A stretch of 64,000 nucleotides of DNA from a virus, in IMG/VR virus record IMGVR_UViG_3300045988_174170, one strand, 5' to 3'. A model generated the notes under the pieces. That model was not told where the DNA came from, did no database searches, and was given only the letters and a program-made list of their open reading frames with translations. Each line of letters opens with the position of its first letter. The first letter of the stretch is position 1. The translations under genes were made by a program, and so were the position numbers. Below are positions 8,395-17,715 of this stretch, in pieces.

Positions 8395-9186
8395 ATGCTG
8401 AATAACCTTGAGCCCGGCGACATCATCATCACCGATGACCACTTCTATAAAGTCACCCGCACAATGCGCACCCTACGAGGTGTCCTCACCTCAATGCACA
8501 TCCTCGGCAAGGAAGGCGCGGAACAGTATATTAATGCAGAAGGTGGGTACCCCATTGAGCTTATCGGCGGCTTTGACCACATCAAGAAGTCGGAAAATGT
8601 AGATATTGAAGAGTTGTTCGATATGGAACGCGGACGGGATGAACTCATTGAAGGATACACCAAAATTCAAACCCTACTGCCGGGAGCTTACAAGCCCGCC
8701 CAGCCGTCTAAAGCTAACAACCCCAACAGCACCTCATGGATGCTCAACCACCCCGACAAGCTGACCCTAAGCCTACACCCAGCTAAGTGTGAAGAAGAGC
8801 TGGAAAAGATAAAGAGCCTACTAGAAGAAGCGGAACGCAAGCTTCATGATGCGGCATGTGATATTCGAGAGGGGCGCAAAAAGTATGCCGCCAAATACAC
8901 GGAGGTAGCAATCGAGAACGCCACCTATCTAGAAACCGAAGAACACCGCAAGAAGTTCTGCAAAGCAATCAAAGAGGCATACCACGAAAGCTTCCCCTGG
9001 GAAAACCAGCCTTTCAACATCGCCTACCCCCGAATCTACAGCACATCATTCCCTGAAAAATTGCACGCGAAACTTCAGGAAAACGTGTACAACACACACC
9101 AGGAAATTATTAAATCACTACTAGTAATCGAATACCTCGACACCCTAGCGGAAACCCTATACGGTGAACCCAATAAAAAGGGTTAA
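8395..9186 (+). CDS. hypothetical protein with N-terminal 'PGDIIIT' motif
   Basis: 263 aa. The motif LEPGDIIITDD is shared with 16024, 32636 and 42749. RBS AGGAAAA. Confidence 0.6.
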   Translation: MLNNLEPGDIIITDDHFYKVTRTMRTLRGVLTSMHILGKEGAEQYINAEGGYPIELIGGFDHIKKSENVDIEELFDMERGRDELIEGYTKIQTLLPGAYKPAQPSKANNPNSTSWMLNHPDKLTLSLHPAKCEEELEKIKSLLEEAERKLHDAACDIREGRKKYAAKYTEVAIENATYLETEEHRKKFCKAIKEAYHESFPWENQPFNIAYPRIYSTSFPEKLHAKLQENVYNTHQEIIKSLLVIEYLDTLAETLYGEPNKKG

Positions 9187-9234
9187 ACCCTAAAACAAAT
9201 AACCCAACAGGTGCACCCCACCAAGGAGTAAAAC

Positions 9235-9786
9235 ATGACAAAACCCAAGAGCCTATCTTACGGAAACATCAACAACCGCTACATCTTTCACAACTCGTTT
9301 GATACCCCCAGTAGGTACTACTGGACAGCCGATAAAATCGCTAAGCGCGAGAATGAACTCCGCAAAGCAGGCTGGGTAGCACTCCCAGGAACCTTCACCC
9401 TAGACGACCCACAGCGAGAAATCGTTGAGGTTAAACCGGGTACTGAAACCACCAAACACCTAGTGCACCTCATCAGGTTCCTTGCGGGCAAGCACAAGAG
9501 GGAAACTGGCACCCCCTACAAAATGTACGCGCACCTCAATGTATCGGTAAACACCAAAGATGAAGACGGCATTGGTGTAGTCGAAATCAATACCACCTTC
9601 ACTAGTGACCCCGAAGGTAAACACAAGATTGGTGTATCAATGACCACCTGCCTAGATGAACCTTGGGAACTCAGTACTGAAGAATGGCTCAAGATGGACG
9701 GTAAAACCTACCCCATCGGAACCCCTATCTGGAGCGACTGGCACAAAGACATCGAAATCCTAATCAACCCCAAACAAGGTAAATAA
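9235..9786 (+). CDS. hypothetical protein, paralog family C
   Basis: 183 aa, about 55% identical by eye to 10875..11441 (GWVALPG.FTLD.PQR.IV..KPG.ET.KHL.HL..F.AGKH...TGTPY.MYAHLNV). Confidence 0.7.
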   Translation: MTKPKSLSYGNINNRYIFHNSFDTPSRYYWTADKIAKRENELRKAGWVALPGTFTLDDPQREIVEVKPGTETTKHLVHLIRFLAGKHKRETGTPYKMYAHLNVSVNTKDEDGIGVVEINTTFTSDPEGKHKIGVSMTTCLDEPWELSTEEWLKMDGKTYPIGTPIWSDWHKDIEILINPKQGK

Positions 9787-9890
9787 CCCCATAACATAAC
9801 GGCAAAGGGCGCCCCTGAACAATCAGTAAAAGGGGTGCCCTAAACGCCACACTAAACCACCAACACCAAAAACACGGAGAGTAAAACACC

Positions 9891-10790
9891 ATGCGAATCC
9901 CCCTAGCACCCCACACCCTAACCGTAGGCGAAGCCTTCATCCTACAAAACAACAACGAAAAATCCCTATACAAAGTAACCCACACCGAAGGCAACACCAT
10001 CACCGCCGAACGCAAACACACCACCAACAGTGAAACAGCACCCCAAACCATCACCGGAACCCTACTCAACGGAACCCTAACCACCACCACACCAGTACAC
10101 AACACCCGAACACCCAAAATCATCGACCTCAACACCACCAAAACCAACACCATAAAAGCCACCACCAACAAACCCGAATACACCATCATCAGCAAGAACA
10201 CCAACGAAGACATCAACATCTGGCAAACCATCGAAACAATCACACCAGACGTAACCCTAGTACAATCACAAACCACCCCCACCCAAAAACGCATACACCT
10301 AACACCCCAACTACAAAAAGAAATCAACACAAACACCACCAACCTAACCCCCACACACACATTCTACCTAAACAACAACAACACAGAATGTGTACCCCAC
10401 GACGCGGCAAAAGCCCTAAAAACCATCATCAACCACCCCCACTGGAACGCCCTAAAACAAAAAGCAGTCAAGAATAATGACTGGGAAACCACCCTAACCA
10501 CCGACTACCTAACCGACACATACTGGGAACAAATCAGCACCGACTACAGTGACGGCTACGCATGGGGAGTCTCCTACGACCTCATCATCGACTACACCAT
10601 CGACTACGCAGAAGAGCTAAAACACCTCACCAACAGCACCGACCCCCAAACCCCAAACAGCAAAAACCTAACACCCAAACAACAAAAACAACTCACCACA
10701 ATGCTGAACAACGTCATCAAAAAACTCGAACAATCCGAATGGTACGAACCCGACCCCGAAGACTACACCATCATCCCCTACATCGAATAG
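9891..10790 (+). CDS. Thr/Asn/Pro-rich low-complexity protein with structured acidic C-terminal domain
   Basis: 299 aa, GGAGAG RBS, flanked by the family-C paralogs. Its C-terminus (DWETTLTTDYLTDTYWEQISTDYSDGYAWGVSYDLIIDY) is non-repetitive. Confidence 0.5.
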   Translation: MRIPLAPHTLTVGEAFILQNNNEKSLYKVTHTEGNTITAERKHTTNSETAPQTITGTLLNGTLTTTTPVHNTRTPKIIDLNTTKTNTIKATTNKPEYTIISKNTNEDINIWQTIETITPDVTLVQSQTTPTQKRIHLTPQLQKEINTNTTNLTPTHTFYLNNNNTECVPHDAAKALKTIINHPHWNALKQKAVKNNDWETTLTTDYLTDTYWEQISTDYSDGYAWGVSYDLIIDYTIDYAEELKHLTNSTDPQTPNSKNLTPKQQKQLTTMLNNVIKKLEQSEWYEPDPEDYTIIPYIE

Positions 10791-10874
10791 TTTGCATACC
10801 CCTAGCCGGTGTGGTAACCTATACCTACAGGTGCCACACCGGTACCCCAAAACACGCAACCAAGGAAATCAAAA

Positions 10875-11441
10875 ATGAAGTCTTACGAAGATGACATCCT
10901 AAACGGGTATATGTTCTGGGATGACGATAAATGGAATTACAAGGCGAAGATGGTTACTGAAGCTGAAGGCTACCCCTGTGTGGAGCACGCTATCATGTGG
11001 GACAACAGGTTCCGCAAATCAGGCTGGGTAGCACTCCCAGGAGCCTTCACCCTAGACGAACCCCAACGAAAAATCGTCAAAGCTAAACCGGGTCAAGAAA
11101 CAGCTAAGCATCTGATGCACCTCATGGCGTTCCACGCAGGCAAGCACCAGAAAGCAACCGGCACCCCCTACAATATGTACGCGCACCTCAACGTATGGGT
11201 GAACTCCGGTGACGAAGACGACCCCCACGAAATCGGAATTGACGCAACATTTACCAACGACCCCGAAGGTAAAAACCCGGCAGGTGCTTCAATGGCAACC
11301 TACCTAGCAGGTGACTGGGGTGGGCTAACCATGAAAGAATGGCTCAAGCTAGACGGTAAAACCTACCCCGTAGGTTGCCCCATCTGGACAGACTGGGGCA
11401 ACCGAATCGAAATCCTCATCCACCCAAAACGGGGTAAGTAA
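10875..11441 (+). CDS. hypothetical protein, paralog family C
   Basis: 188 aa, paralog of 9235..9786. Confidence 0.7.
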   Translation: MKSYEDDILNGYMFWDDDKWNYKAKMVTEAEGYPCVEHAIMWDNRFRKSGWVALPGAFTLDEPQRKIVKAKPGQETAKHLMHLMAFHAGKHQKATGTPYNMYAHLNVWVNSGDEDDPHEIGIDATFTNDPEGKNPAGASMATYLAGDWGGLTMKEWLKLDGKTYPVGCPIWTDWGNRIEILIHPKRGK

Positions 11442-11455
11442 CCCCAACACAATAA

Positions 11456-11492
11456 GCCCCGGCAACCCAAACAAAACACAGGTTACCGGGGC
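11456..11492. terminator. GC hairpin terminator
   Basis: CCCCGGCAACC ... GGTTACCGGGG followed by CTTC. Confidence 0.45.
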
Positions 11493-11552
11493 TTCATGCT
11501 ACCTTTTCAATACAGAAATCGCGTATCCCGCACTAAGGAAGGAACACCCACC

Positions 11553-11777
11553 ATGAGCTTCTACCACACCAACTGTAGCTACGACCCTACCGATGCCATA
11601 GGCAACGACGACGAATGGAACCCAGGAGAACCAGACTGGCAAACCAACGAAGAAGAATGGGACTGGATAGCTTGGAGAAACAACATCGCCATGTCCGAGC
11701 CACCAGAACACGAATACGAAGACTACCCCAACAGTCCATATGAAAGCGTCTCTGTTGCACTTGAAAACAGGGAATAA
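11553..11777 (+). CDS. small acidic Trp-rich protein
   Basis: Track ORF 11496..11777. The ATG at 11553 has AAGGAAGG upstream. Confidence 0.5.
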   Translation: MSFYHTNCSYDPTDAIGNDDEWNPGEPDWQTNEEEWDWIAWRNNIAMSEPPEHEYEDYPNSPYESVSVALENRE

Positions 11778-11816
11778 GTAAACACCACCAACACCACGTC
11801 GCATATACAGCAAAAC

Positions 11817-11853
11817 CCCCGGCAACCCGCACACGCAGGAAACCGGGGGTTTA
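11817..11853. terminator. bidirectional terminator between convergent genes
   Basis: CCCCCGG-N20-CCGGGGG + TTT. Closely resembles the 11456 hairpin. Confidence 0.5.
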
Positions 11854-11904
11854 CTAACACCCAAAACACCAAACAAAACACCACACCAAACCAGACACTA
11901 AACC

Positions 11905-13422
11905 CTACAATAGGTCAGACACAACACCGGCAACATCCACCAAATCAACACCTAAGCCCGCAACCGGCGAACCCACCGGAACATCAACAACACCACCAAC
12001 AAACCCCTCGCCAACACCAGCAGAACCACCAAACAAACCAGCAGAACCACCACCACCATTCACAACACCAACCGGCGAACCATAACCCTCACTACCACCA
12101 ATAAAACCCAAACCCAAACCAGGCACAATATCAGAACCAGAACTAGAACCCGAACCAGAACCAGCAGAAATAGTACCTACAACATCACCCCAACAGGCAC
12201 GACCAACACCACCAACAACACTATCAACCCAATTACGGACAAGCCACCAACCGGCGAAACGACCCAAACCAGCAACCCTAGCCTCAACCGGCGAAACACC
12301 ACCCAAACCACCAACAGAACCAAACTCAACATCAGGCACATCAACCAATGCAACACCATCAACAGACCCAGACACACCAACCCCAACAGAACCCGCCACA
12401 TCAACAAAACCAGCAGGAGCCAAACGCGAACCAAACACCAAACCCCTATGTGTCACACCATCAACAACAACCTCAGACCCAACACCAACACCACCAGAAA
12501 CACCAACAACACCAGGAACAAAACCACCAGCACCCAAACCCGAAACACCCAAAACACCACGCCAACCAGAACCCCCACCACCAACAGACAAAACACCCAA
12601 AGAAGCCGAAGACAAACCCCAAGACACAGACAAACCACCAAAACCAGACACACCAGACACCACAGGAACACCCACCAAAGACACACCACCAGAACTACCA
12701 GAAACACCACTAGAAATACCCGAACCCACACCAACACTCAAAGGAAAACAACCCACCAAAGCATCACCAACACCACGCCAACCAGAACCCCCACCACCAA
12801 AAGGCAAAGCACCAAACCCCACAGACGAAACACTCAACCCCGAAAAATCACCAACAAAACCCTCCCACAAAGGAACACCAACACCACCAACAACAGACAA
12901 ACCACCACCAGAAACACACCCCAAAACACCACCACACTCCTCCACAAAAGACAAAGACACACCCTCAGACACAGACACCACACCACCACCAGAACACACA
13001 CCACCCACAGACACCAAAAACCCATCCCAAACACTAGAAACAGACCCGGACACACCAAAAGAATCAACAAAACCCACAGAAGCCTCATAGGGGCACTCAA
13101 ATACACTAGAGGTATAATCACCCACCCCAACACCAAAAGAACCCATAGAAGGCTCCACAGGGGGTGTAAAAGAATGACCATACCCCCACGCCTCCTCAAC
13201 ATTAGAAGCAATAAACCCCCTACCACTAACACCCCAAGCAGAAGACTGCCAACCACACTGCACAAAACCAGGCATAGTCAAACCACTAGCAGACGGGGGA
13301 TTATGACCAACAGGGGTATAAAGTACACCACCATCAGGTAGCGTATCACCTATCGGCGGGGCTGTTAGAGTGCCAGGAACCCACGTCTCAACAACACCAA
13401 TAACAGTGCTATCTACAGCCAT
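11905..13422 (-). CDS. Gly/Val/Ser-rich 505-aa protein with internal repeat GGGGSGWRGV
   Basis: Track ORF 11905..13443 (TTG). The ATG at 13422 is preceded by GGGAAAGGG. The non-repetitive N-terminal 100 aa and the terminator at its 3' end support this strand over the mirror-image + strand Thr/Asn ORF. Confidence 0.5.
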   Translation of the reverse strand: MAVDSTVIGVVETWVPGTLTAPPIGDTLPDGGVLYTPVGHNPPSASGLTMPGFVQCGWQSSAWGVSGRGFIASNVEEAWGYGHSFTPPVEPSMGSFGVGVGDYTSSVFECPYEASVGFVDSFGVSGSVSSVWDGFLVSVGGVCSGGGVVSVSEGVSLSFVEECGGVLGCVSGGGLSVVGGVGVPLWEGFVGDFSGLSVSSVGFGALPFGGGGSGWRGVGDALVGCFPLSVGVGSGISSGVSGSSGGVSLVGVPVVSGVSGFGGLSVSWGLSSASLGVLSVGGGGSGWRGVLGVSGLGAGGFVPGVVGVSGGVGVGSEVVVDGVTHRGLVFGSRLAPAGFVDVAGSVGVGVSGSVDGVALVDVPDVEFGSVGGLGGVSPVEARVAGLGRFAGWWLVRNWVDSVVGGVGRACWGDVVGTISAGSGSGSSSGSDIVPGLGLGFIGGSEGYGSPVGVVNGGGGSAGLFGGSAGVGEGFVGGVVDVPVGSPVAGLGVDLVDVAGVVSDLL

Positions 13423-13475
13423 ACTTAAAGCCCTTTCCCGCAATCACAAAAGTGTGACATAAACATAATTTTAGT

Positions 13476-14360
13476 GTGTTATATCTTCTACAAAATTCCG
13501 AGCGGAACACAACCCCCAGAACAGCAATCAAAAAAAATACCCATAGCAAAGGGCTAATAAAAGACGACCCCCAGCACAAAACCCGAATAAAAATAACAAA
13601 AATTTTCCAACACGCCACACCCACCAAAAAACACAAACCACCAAACCCAAAAAACAAGCGCCCATCACACCACCATGATAAACGCCACAACAAACGGGTA
13701 ACACGCAACACAACAGTACACAGCACACATACAGAACACAGAGAAGAACATACACAGCCACACAGGATACATACATACAGGAGAGCGCACACAGGCAGAC
13801 ACATATAGATACATGCAGACAATATACACAGACACACAATAGACACATAAGAGTAACAGGCACACAAGCAACAGACCCAAGGAGAACAACACACAAGACA
13901 CACACAACAGACACATACAGGGGAACAACACATAAGACACAGAACAAAGAAGACCACAAACACAGACACAATAGACACACAAGAGACAAAACACAGGAAC
14001 ACAAGAACACAACAAGGGCACAGGGGAACAGAGGGAACAAAAGCTAGACAGAACACACCAACAACACAGCTAGACAGAAACAACACAACAGACACACAAT
14101 AGACACACAGAGAACAGCTAGACAGAACACACGGGGGGTAACACACGGAACAGAGTAAAGGTAAAGAAGGCTAGACAGGGCACGGGGTAATAAGGGGTAG
14201 AAGAAGGGCGGGTAGAAGGGGAAGGAAAGGGGGGCGGGAAAGAGGAAGCGAAGGGTGGAAGGTAGAGCGGGGTGGTAGTAGGTGGGGTGGTGGTGTTTAT
14301 TCTCTGTTTTGTTTTGTTTTTTGGGGTGGTTTTTCTTGTTTTTGGCTGTTTTTTGGGGGT
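13476..14360. repeat. non-coding low-complexity tract graded CA-rich to GA-rich to GT-rich, with iteron-like direct repeats
   Basis: Three copies of CACAATAGACACA(T/C)A(A/G)GAG at about 13836, 13967 and 14096 with ~130-bp spacing. Four copies of GCTAGACAG at about 14043, 14069, 14117 and 14170. Purine-only GA stretch 14160..14280, GT-only stretch 14280..14420. Confidence 0.7.
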
Positions 14361-14376
14361 GTTTTTTGGTATAATG

Positions 14377-14386
14377 GTTTTGGGTG
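14377..14386 (+). promoter_or_regulatory. extended -10 promoter TGGTATAATG
   Basis: Consensus TGnTATAAT, rightward. Confidence 0.4.
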
Positions 14387-14557
14387 GTTTTTTTGGTATC
14401 TAGCCCTGTGTGGAAAGTAGCCTTTTGCCTTGTCAGGGCGTTATGCACTGTGGTGCATTTTCTTCATTTTTGGGGTCTATAATCAACCTGTAGGGGTTGT
14501 TTTTGGGTTGGTGGGGCACCTTACTCCTGTTTAGGGTATGTGGGTGGGGTTATTTTA

Positions 14558-14565
14558 GGTATAAT
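14558..14565 (+). promoter_or_regulatory. extended -10 promoter (a)GGTATAAT(g) upstream of 14607
   Basis: Second copy of GGTATAATG, 40 nt before the start codon. Confidence 0.4.
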
Positions 14566-14606
14566 GTGGGTTATGTACTGTTCAATTGACGGCTGGAGGC
14601 GTATCT

Positions 14607-14816
14607 GTGTTTGCTACGACTGGTGAGATTCTTTACGTGTTTTTCAGTGGCGCGTTGTTCACTTGTTTTGGGGCTTGGTTCTTTTGGAGGGCGGGTGATA
14701 AGAAGCTTATTTCGCGTGATGGGGTGCATATGGCGTGCTTGTTTTTAGTTCCGGGTGTTCTGTCTATTGTGGTGGCATTGCCAGTTGTTCTGAGGTTAAT
14801 GTTTGGTTGGTCATAA
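14607..14816 (+). CDS. small membrane protein
   Basis: Track ORF 14586 (TTG). The GTG at 14607 has GGAGG 7 nt upstream. Two TM segments. Confidence 0.4.
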   Translation: MFATTGEILYVFFSGALFTCFGAWFFWRAGDKKLISRDGVHMACLFLVPGVLSIVVALPVVLRLMFGWS

Positions 14817-15098
14817 TAAGTAGGAACGCGAGCGCCTAACTGTGAAGGAAGAAGTACCCATCGGGGCGGCTACAGGAACCACCGAAAGCATCGAAGCCGA
14901 AGGCAGTAAAGTACCTGAACCTACCGAAGTAACCGGTAGTATTCTTAGCGACGGAGAACGCGCTGAACTCAAAGAGGCTGAAGAGGCACCGGGTGCACTC
15001 AATGACTAGCCATATAGTTGTTACTGTCGTGTAACGCCTAGACGCAGTTCAGGTCACCCCCCCGCGAGCGCTTACTAGTTGCTTGTACGTGTATTGAA

Positions 15099-15141
15099 CA
15101 CCCCCTAGTGGTTATCCGCCGCTAGGGGGGGGTCTTTTTTT
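15099..15141 (+). terminator. rho-independent terminator
   Basis: CCCCCTAGTGGTTATCCGCCGCTAGGGGGGGG followed by TCTTTTTTT. Confidence 0.6.
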
Positions 15142-15250
15142 GGGGGGGGTGTTGCTTGTGTCTATATGTGCTGTCTGTGTCGCCTGTGGTAGGATGGGGG
15201 TATCTTATTGTTAGTATTGCGGGGGTGTACCCTGAGAGGATTTGATGTTT

Positions 15251-15424
15251 ATGATTGAGCCGTATGTGTCGTTGGTTTGGTGGGCTGTTGGTTGCCTTGT
15301 GGTTGCGGTGGCGTTTGAGGTGGTGGCTTTTAGGTGTGCGTCTGTTGGGCGGCGTTCTTGGTGTGGTTGGTTCTTCAGGCTGGGTTACAGTTTCGGTGGT
15401 TGAGCATAAGCGCCCTGGTAGGGA
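15251..15424 (+). CDS. 57-aa membrane peptide
   Basis: The ATG has GAGAGGA 10 nt upstream. The same 'GGA(A/G)GGATTTGnTnTTT-ATG' context recurs at 16024. Below the track size cut-off. Confidence 0.3.
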
Positions 15425-15656
15425 TAGTGCCTCTGAGATTCGTACTGCTTACACGTGGAGCGAGGTGCGCGGCAATGAGACTGTCGCTAAGACTACTACT
15501 GTTGAGCAGGATGACGTTTCGGTAGTTGAAGACGTTGCGGCGGGTGGCACGCCGTGGGTTGAGTACATTCCCATGTATCATCTTGTGCCTGCTGGCATTT
15601 TTGATGGTTCGCACGCTGACCCGGTTCAGGGTAAGCTCTGTGTTCGGGGGGCGTGA
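15255..15656 (+). CDS. hypothetical protein (alternative frame, TTG start; true start unclear)
   Basis: The C-terminal 85 aa are non-repetitive (VEHKRPGRDSASEIRTAYTWSEVRGNETVAK...), but there is no convincing RBS. Confidence 0.25.
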   Translation: MSRMCRWFGGLLVALWLRWRLRWWLLGVRLLGGVLGVVGSSGWVTVSVVEHKRPGRDSASEIRTAYTWSEVRGNETVAKTTTVEQDDVSVVEDVAAGGTPWVEYIPMYHLVPAGIFDGSHADPVQGKLCVRGA

Positions 15657-16023
15657 TACTGACTGTAAGGTGAACGCATTGCGGGCGAACATGAAGTATG
15701 TGCTACATGTCCCGGCGAGCGCCTAATAGTCAATGAACTATCACGCTAGAGGTGGCGTCAAGTTCCGGCGGGTAAGCGCCTCTAGTCGCACCCTAGTTGC
15801 TCAGCGGTAGCCCGTAGTGCCCACGCTCAGCTTTTGACTTAATGTGGGTACTACGGGCTTTTCTGTGCCCTCCTGTAACCTTTCAAGGATTCGGGTATTG
15901 TGGTTACCCGTGTCCGGCGCGTACTGTACATGGCGGCTTGTCTATGGTAGGATAGGTGTATCTTATATTGTTGTTACCCCCTGTTGGTTAGGGGGTGTGT
16001 TCTTTTGGAAGGATTTGTTTTTC

Positions 16024-17127
16024 ATGTCTGTTGTGTCTGTTTGCCCTGGTGATGTTGTGTCTACTGGTGTGGGTGTTCTGCATGTGGGGTCTGTTATTGT
16101 GGAGCGTTCGCGTGAGGGTGAGTCTTTTGCTGTGTCTGGTGTTACTGGTGATGGTGTGGTACGTGCGGGTGTTCCTGTCACTGATGATGTGGTTCCGTTG
16201 GCTGTTGATGCGTCTGATGCTGAGGCGTTGGTGTGGTTTGACCGTGAGCGTTATTTGAAGCGTTTGAGTGAGGCTGTGTTTTGTCCGGGTGATGGGTTTG
16301 CGGCTTTGGGTAGGTGTATGTCTGAGTGGGTGGATTTGTCTTTGTCTGACCGTGAATCGGTTGATGCTGTTCTTGAGCGTCTGGTCAAGGTTGATGCTGG
16401 TCTTGTTTGGGATTACCAGTGGGTTGTTAGGAAGCGTGCTGAGTGCTTGGAGGCGTTTGAGGATTTTCATGCGGGTTGGTTGAAGTATCAGAGTAAGCCT
16501 TGGAGTGAGCCGGTTTTGGGTGAATGTCGTAAGATTGATGCCCATAAGGTTGTTGGTGGTGTTGAGCTTAGGGTTGGTGGTATCTATCAGTTCCGGCGTG
16601 CTGATGCGCCTGTAGAGGGCGGGTATGAGTACTTTAAGGTTGTTAGTAGTAACTATAACCCTGAGATTATTCTTTATGGTGCGTCTACTAGGGTGAATGG
16701 TTGTTCGGGTGTTATTATTAGCAGTAATGGGGGTTTTGTTTCTTACGCTAACCTGCGGGCTAAAGTGGGTGATGAGCTGTTTTGGATTGATGCGGATACT
16801 GTGAAGCTTCTACCTATTGGCTCTCTTAATGATATTGACTCTTACCTTGAGTTGAGCGAGTATGCGGACGTTTCTCTTTCTGAGGCATTGCAGGGGATTT
16901 TCCTTGACATGTTCAGTGCCGATGAAGGTAAGCCTAAGTGCCTACCTGTTCGTGAGGAACTTGATGATGACCGCTACTGTTGGGATGATGATTATGCTAA
17001 GTGTCGTGGTGTGCTGATGTCTGCTACTGCTGACCTGCTGTTCGATATTGAGAAGAGCCTTGGGCATGTCCGGTGGGTGCGTGACCAGCTGAAAGTCTTC
17101 TACCGCGAACTAGGGTTCACCTTCTAG
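16024..17127 (+). CDS. hypothetical protein with N-terminal 'PGDVVST' motif
   Basis: Track ORF 15844. M61 (ATG 16024) has GGAAGGA 11 nt upstream. Motif CPGDVVSTG. Confidence 0.55.
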   Translation: MSVVSVCPGDVVSTGVGVLHVGSVIVERSREGESFAVSGVTGDGVVRAGVPVTDDVVPLAVDASDAEALVWFDRERYLKRLSEAVFCPGDGFAALGRCMSEWVDLSLSDRESVDAVLERLVKVDAGLVWDYQWVVRKRAECLEAFEDFHAGWLKYQSKPWSEPVLGECRKIDAHKVVGGVELRVGGIYQFRRADAPVEGGYEYFKVVSSNYNPEIILYGASTRVNGCSGVIISSNGGFVSYANLRAKVGDELFWIDADTVKLLPIGSLNDIDSYLELSEYADVSLSEALQGIFLDMFSADEGKPKCLPVREELDDDRYCWDDDYAKCRGVLMSATADLLFDIEKSLGHVRWVRDQLKVFYRELGFTF

Positions 17128-17296
17128 GGGCTAAGAGGGGTTAGTCTATGGAGTCTCTGACCAGGTTTAGGTAACCGCCTGTACTGGAAAGGTGGCACCC
17201 GTTTAGGTGTGTGCGTCTCAGTGGGTGCGGGTCTAAGTGGGTGTATTCCTTGGTGGGTGTGTTCCTTACTGGTGGTTGCCTGGATGGTTCACTGTG

Positions 17297-17340
17297 TGCG
17301 ATAATGGGTGCGAGTACCAACTCAAGTACTCGCACCCATT
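17297..17340 (+). promoter_or_regulatory. extended -10 promoter TGcGATAAT overlapped by a perfect 15-bp inverted repeat (operator-like)
   Basis: AATGGGTGCGAGTAC-caactcaa-GTACTCGCACCCATT starts inside the -10 element. Downstream lie GGAAGGAAGG and ATG 17374. Confidence 0.45.
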
Positions 17341-17373
17341 ATTTATTTCTTGTGGAAGGAAGGTGTACCTATC

Positions 17374-17715
17374 ATGGGTACTGTGCAGGATAGCCTGATT
17401 AGTAAGTTCGGTTGGGGTATCCGTGATTCGCTTGAAAGCTTTGAGGAAGCTGAGTGGAGCGAGGCGGTGGCGAACGCAGGCGTTTCCCCCGCTGAGGCAC
17501 GCCGCACGTTCATGGTTGGGCTGTTGCGAGAGATTGAGTCTCTAGTCAATAAGGCTAGGTATAGTGGTTCCATGTGGCGGCTACAGCACCTTGAGCGTAA
17601 AGTGAGCGAACTGATTGTTTCCAGGTTTGAGGAAGAAGAGAAGACGGTTCGTGGTCGTATCGACAAGTTGCGCGAAGCGCTAGAGACTGTAGTCGAAATC
17701 AACAGCCAGAAATAG
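17374..17715 (+). CDS. hypothetical protein
   Basis: Track ORF 17308. M23 is preceded by GGAAGGAAGG. 113 aa. Confidence 0.55.
   Translation: MGTVQDSLISKFGWGIRDSLESFEEAEWSEAVANAGVSPAEARRTFMVGLLREIESLVNKARYSGSMWRLQHLERKVSELIVSRFEEEEKTVRGRIDKLREALETVVEINSQK

Noticed and set aside
9764-10360. 198-aa minus-strand ORF inside the Thr/Asn-rich gene
   Set aside because: An antisense artefact of the AC-rich sequence. The + strand gene has an RBS and is flanked by paralogs.
12448-13341. 297-aa Thr/Asn/Arg-rich + strand ORF, and 12348..12713
   Set aside because: These mirror the Gly-rich minus-strand gene. There is no RBS, whereas the minus-strand gene has an SD, an ATG and a terminator.
13409-14146. 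245-aa Cys/Val-rich minus-strand ORF and overlapping ORFs 13476..13808, 13528..14040, 13665..14021, 14044..14448
   Set aside because: These are translations of the (CA)n, (GA)n and (GT)n low-complexity tract. They have no RBS and low-complexity products, and they overlap one another in several frames. The region is treated as non-coding.
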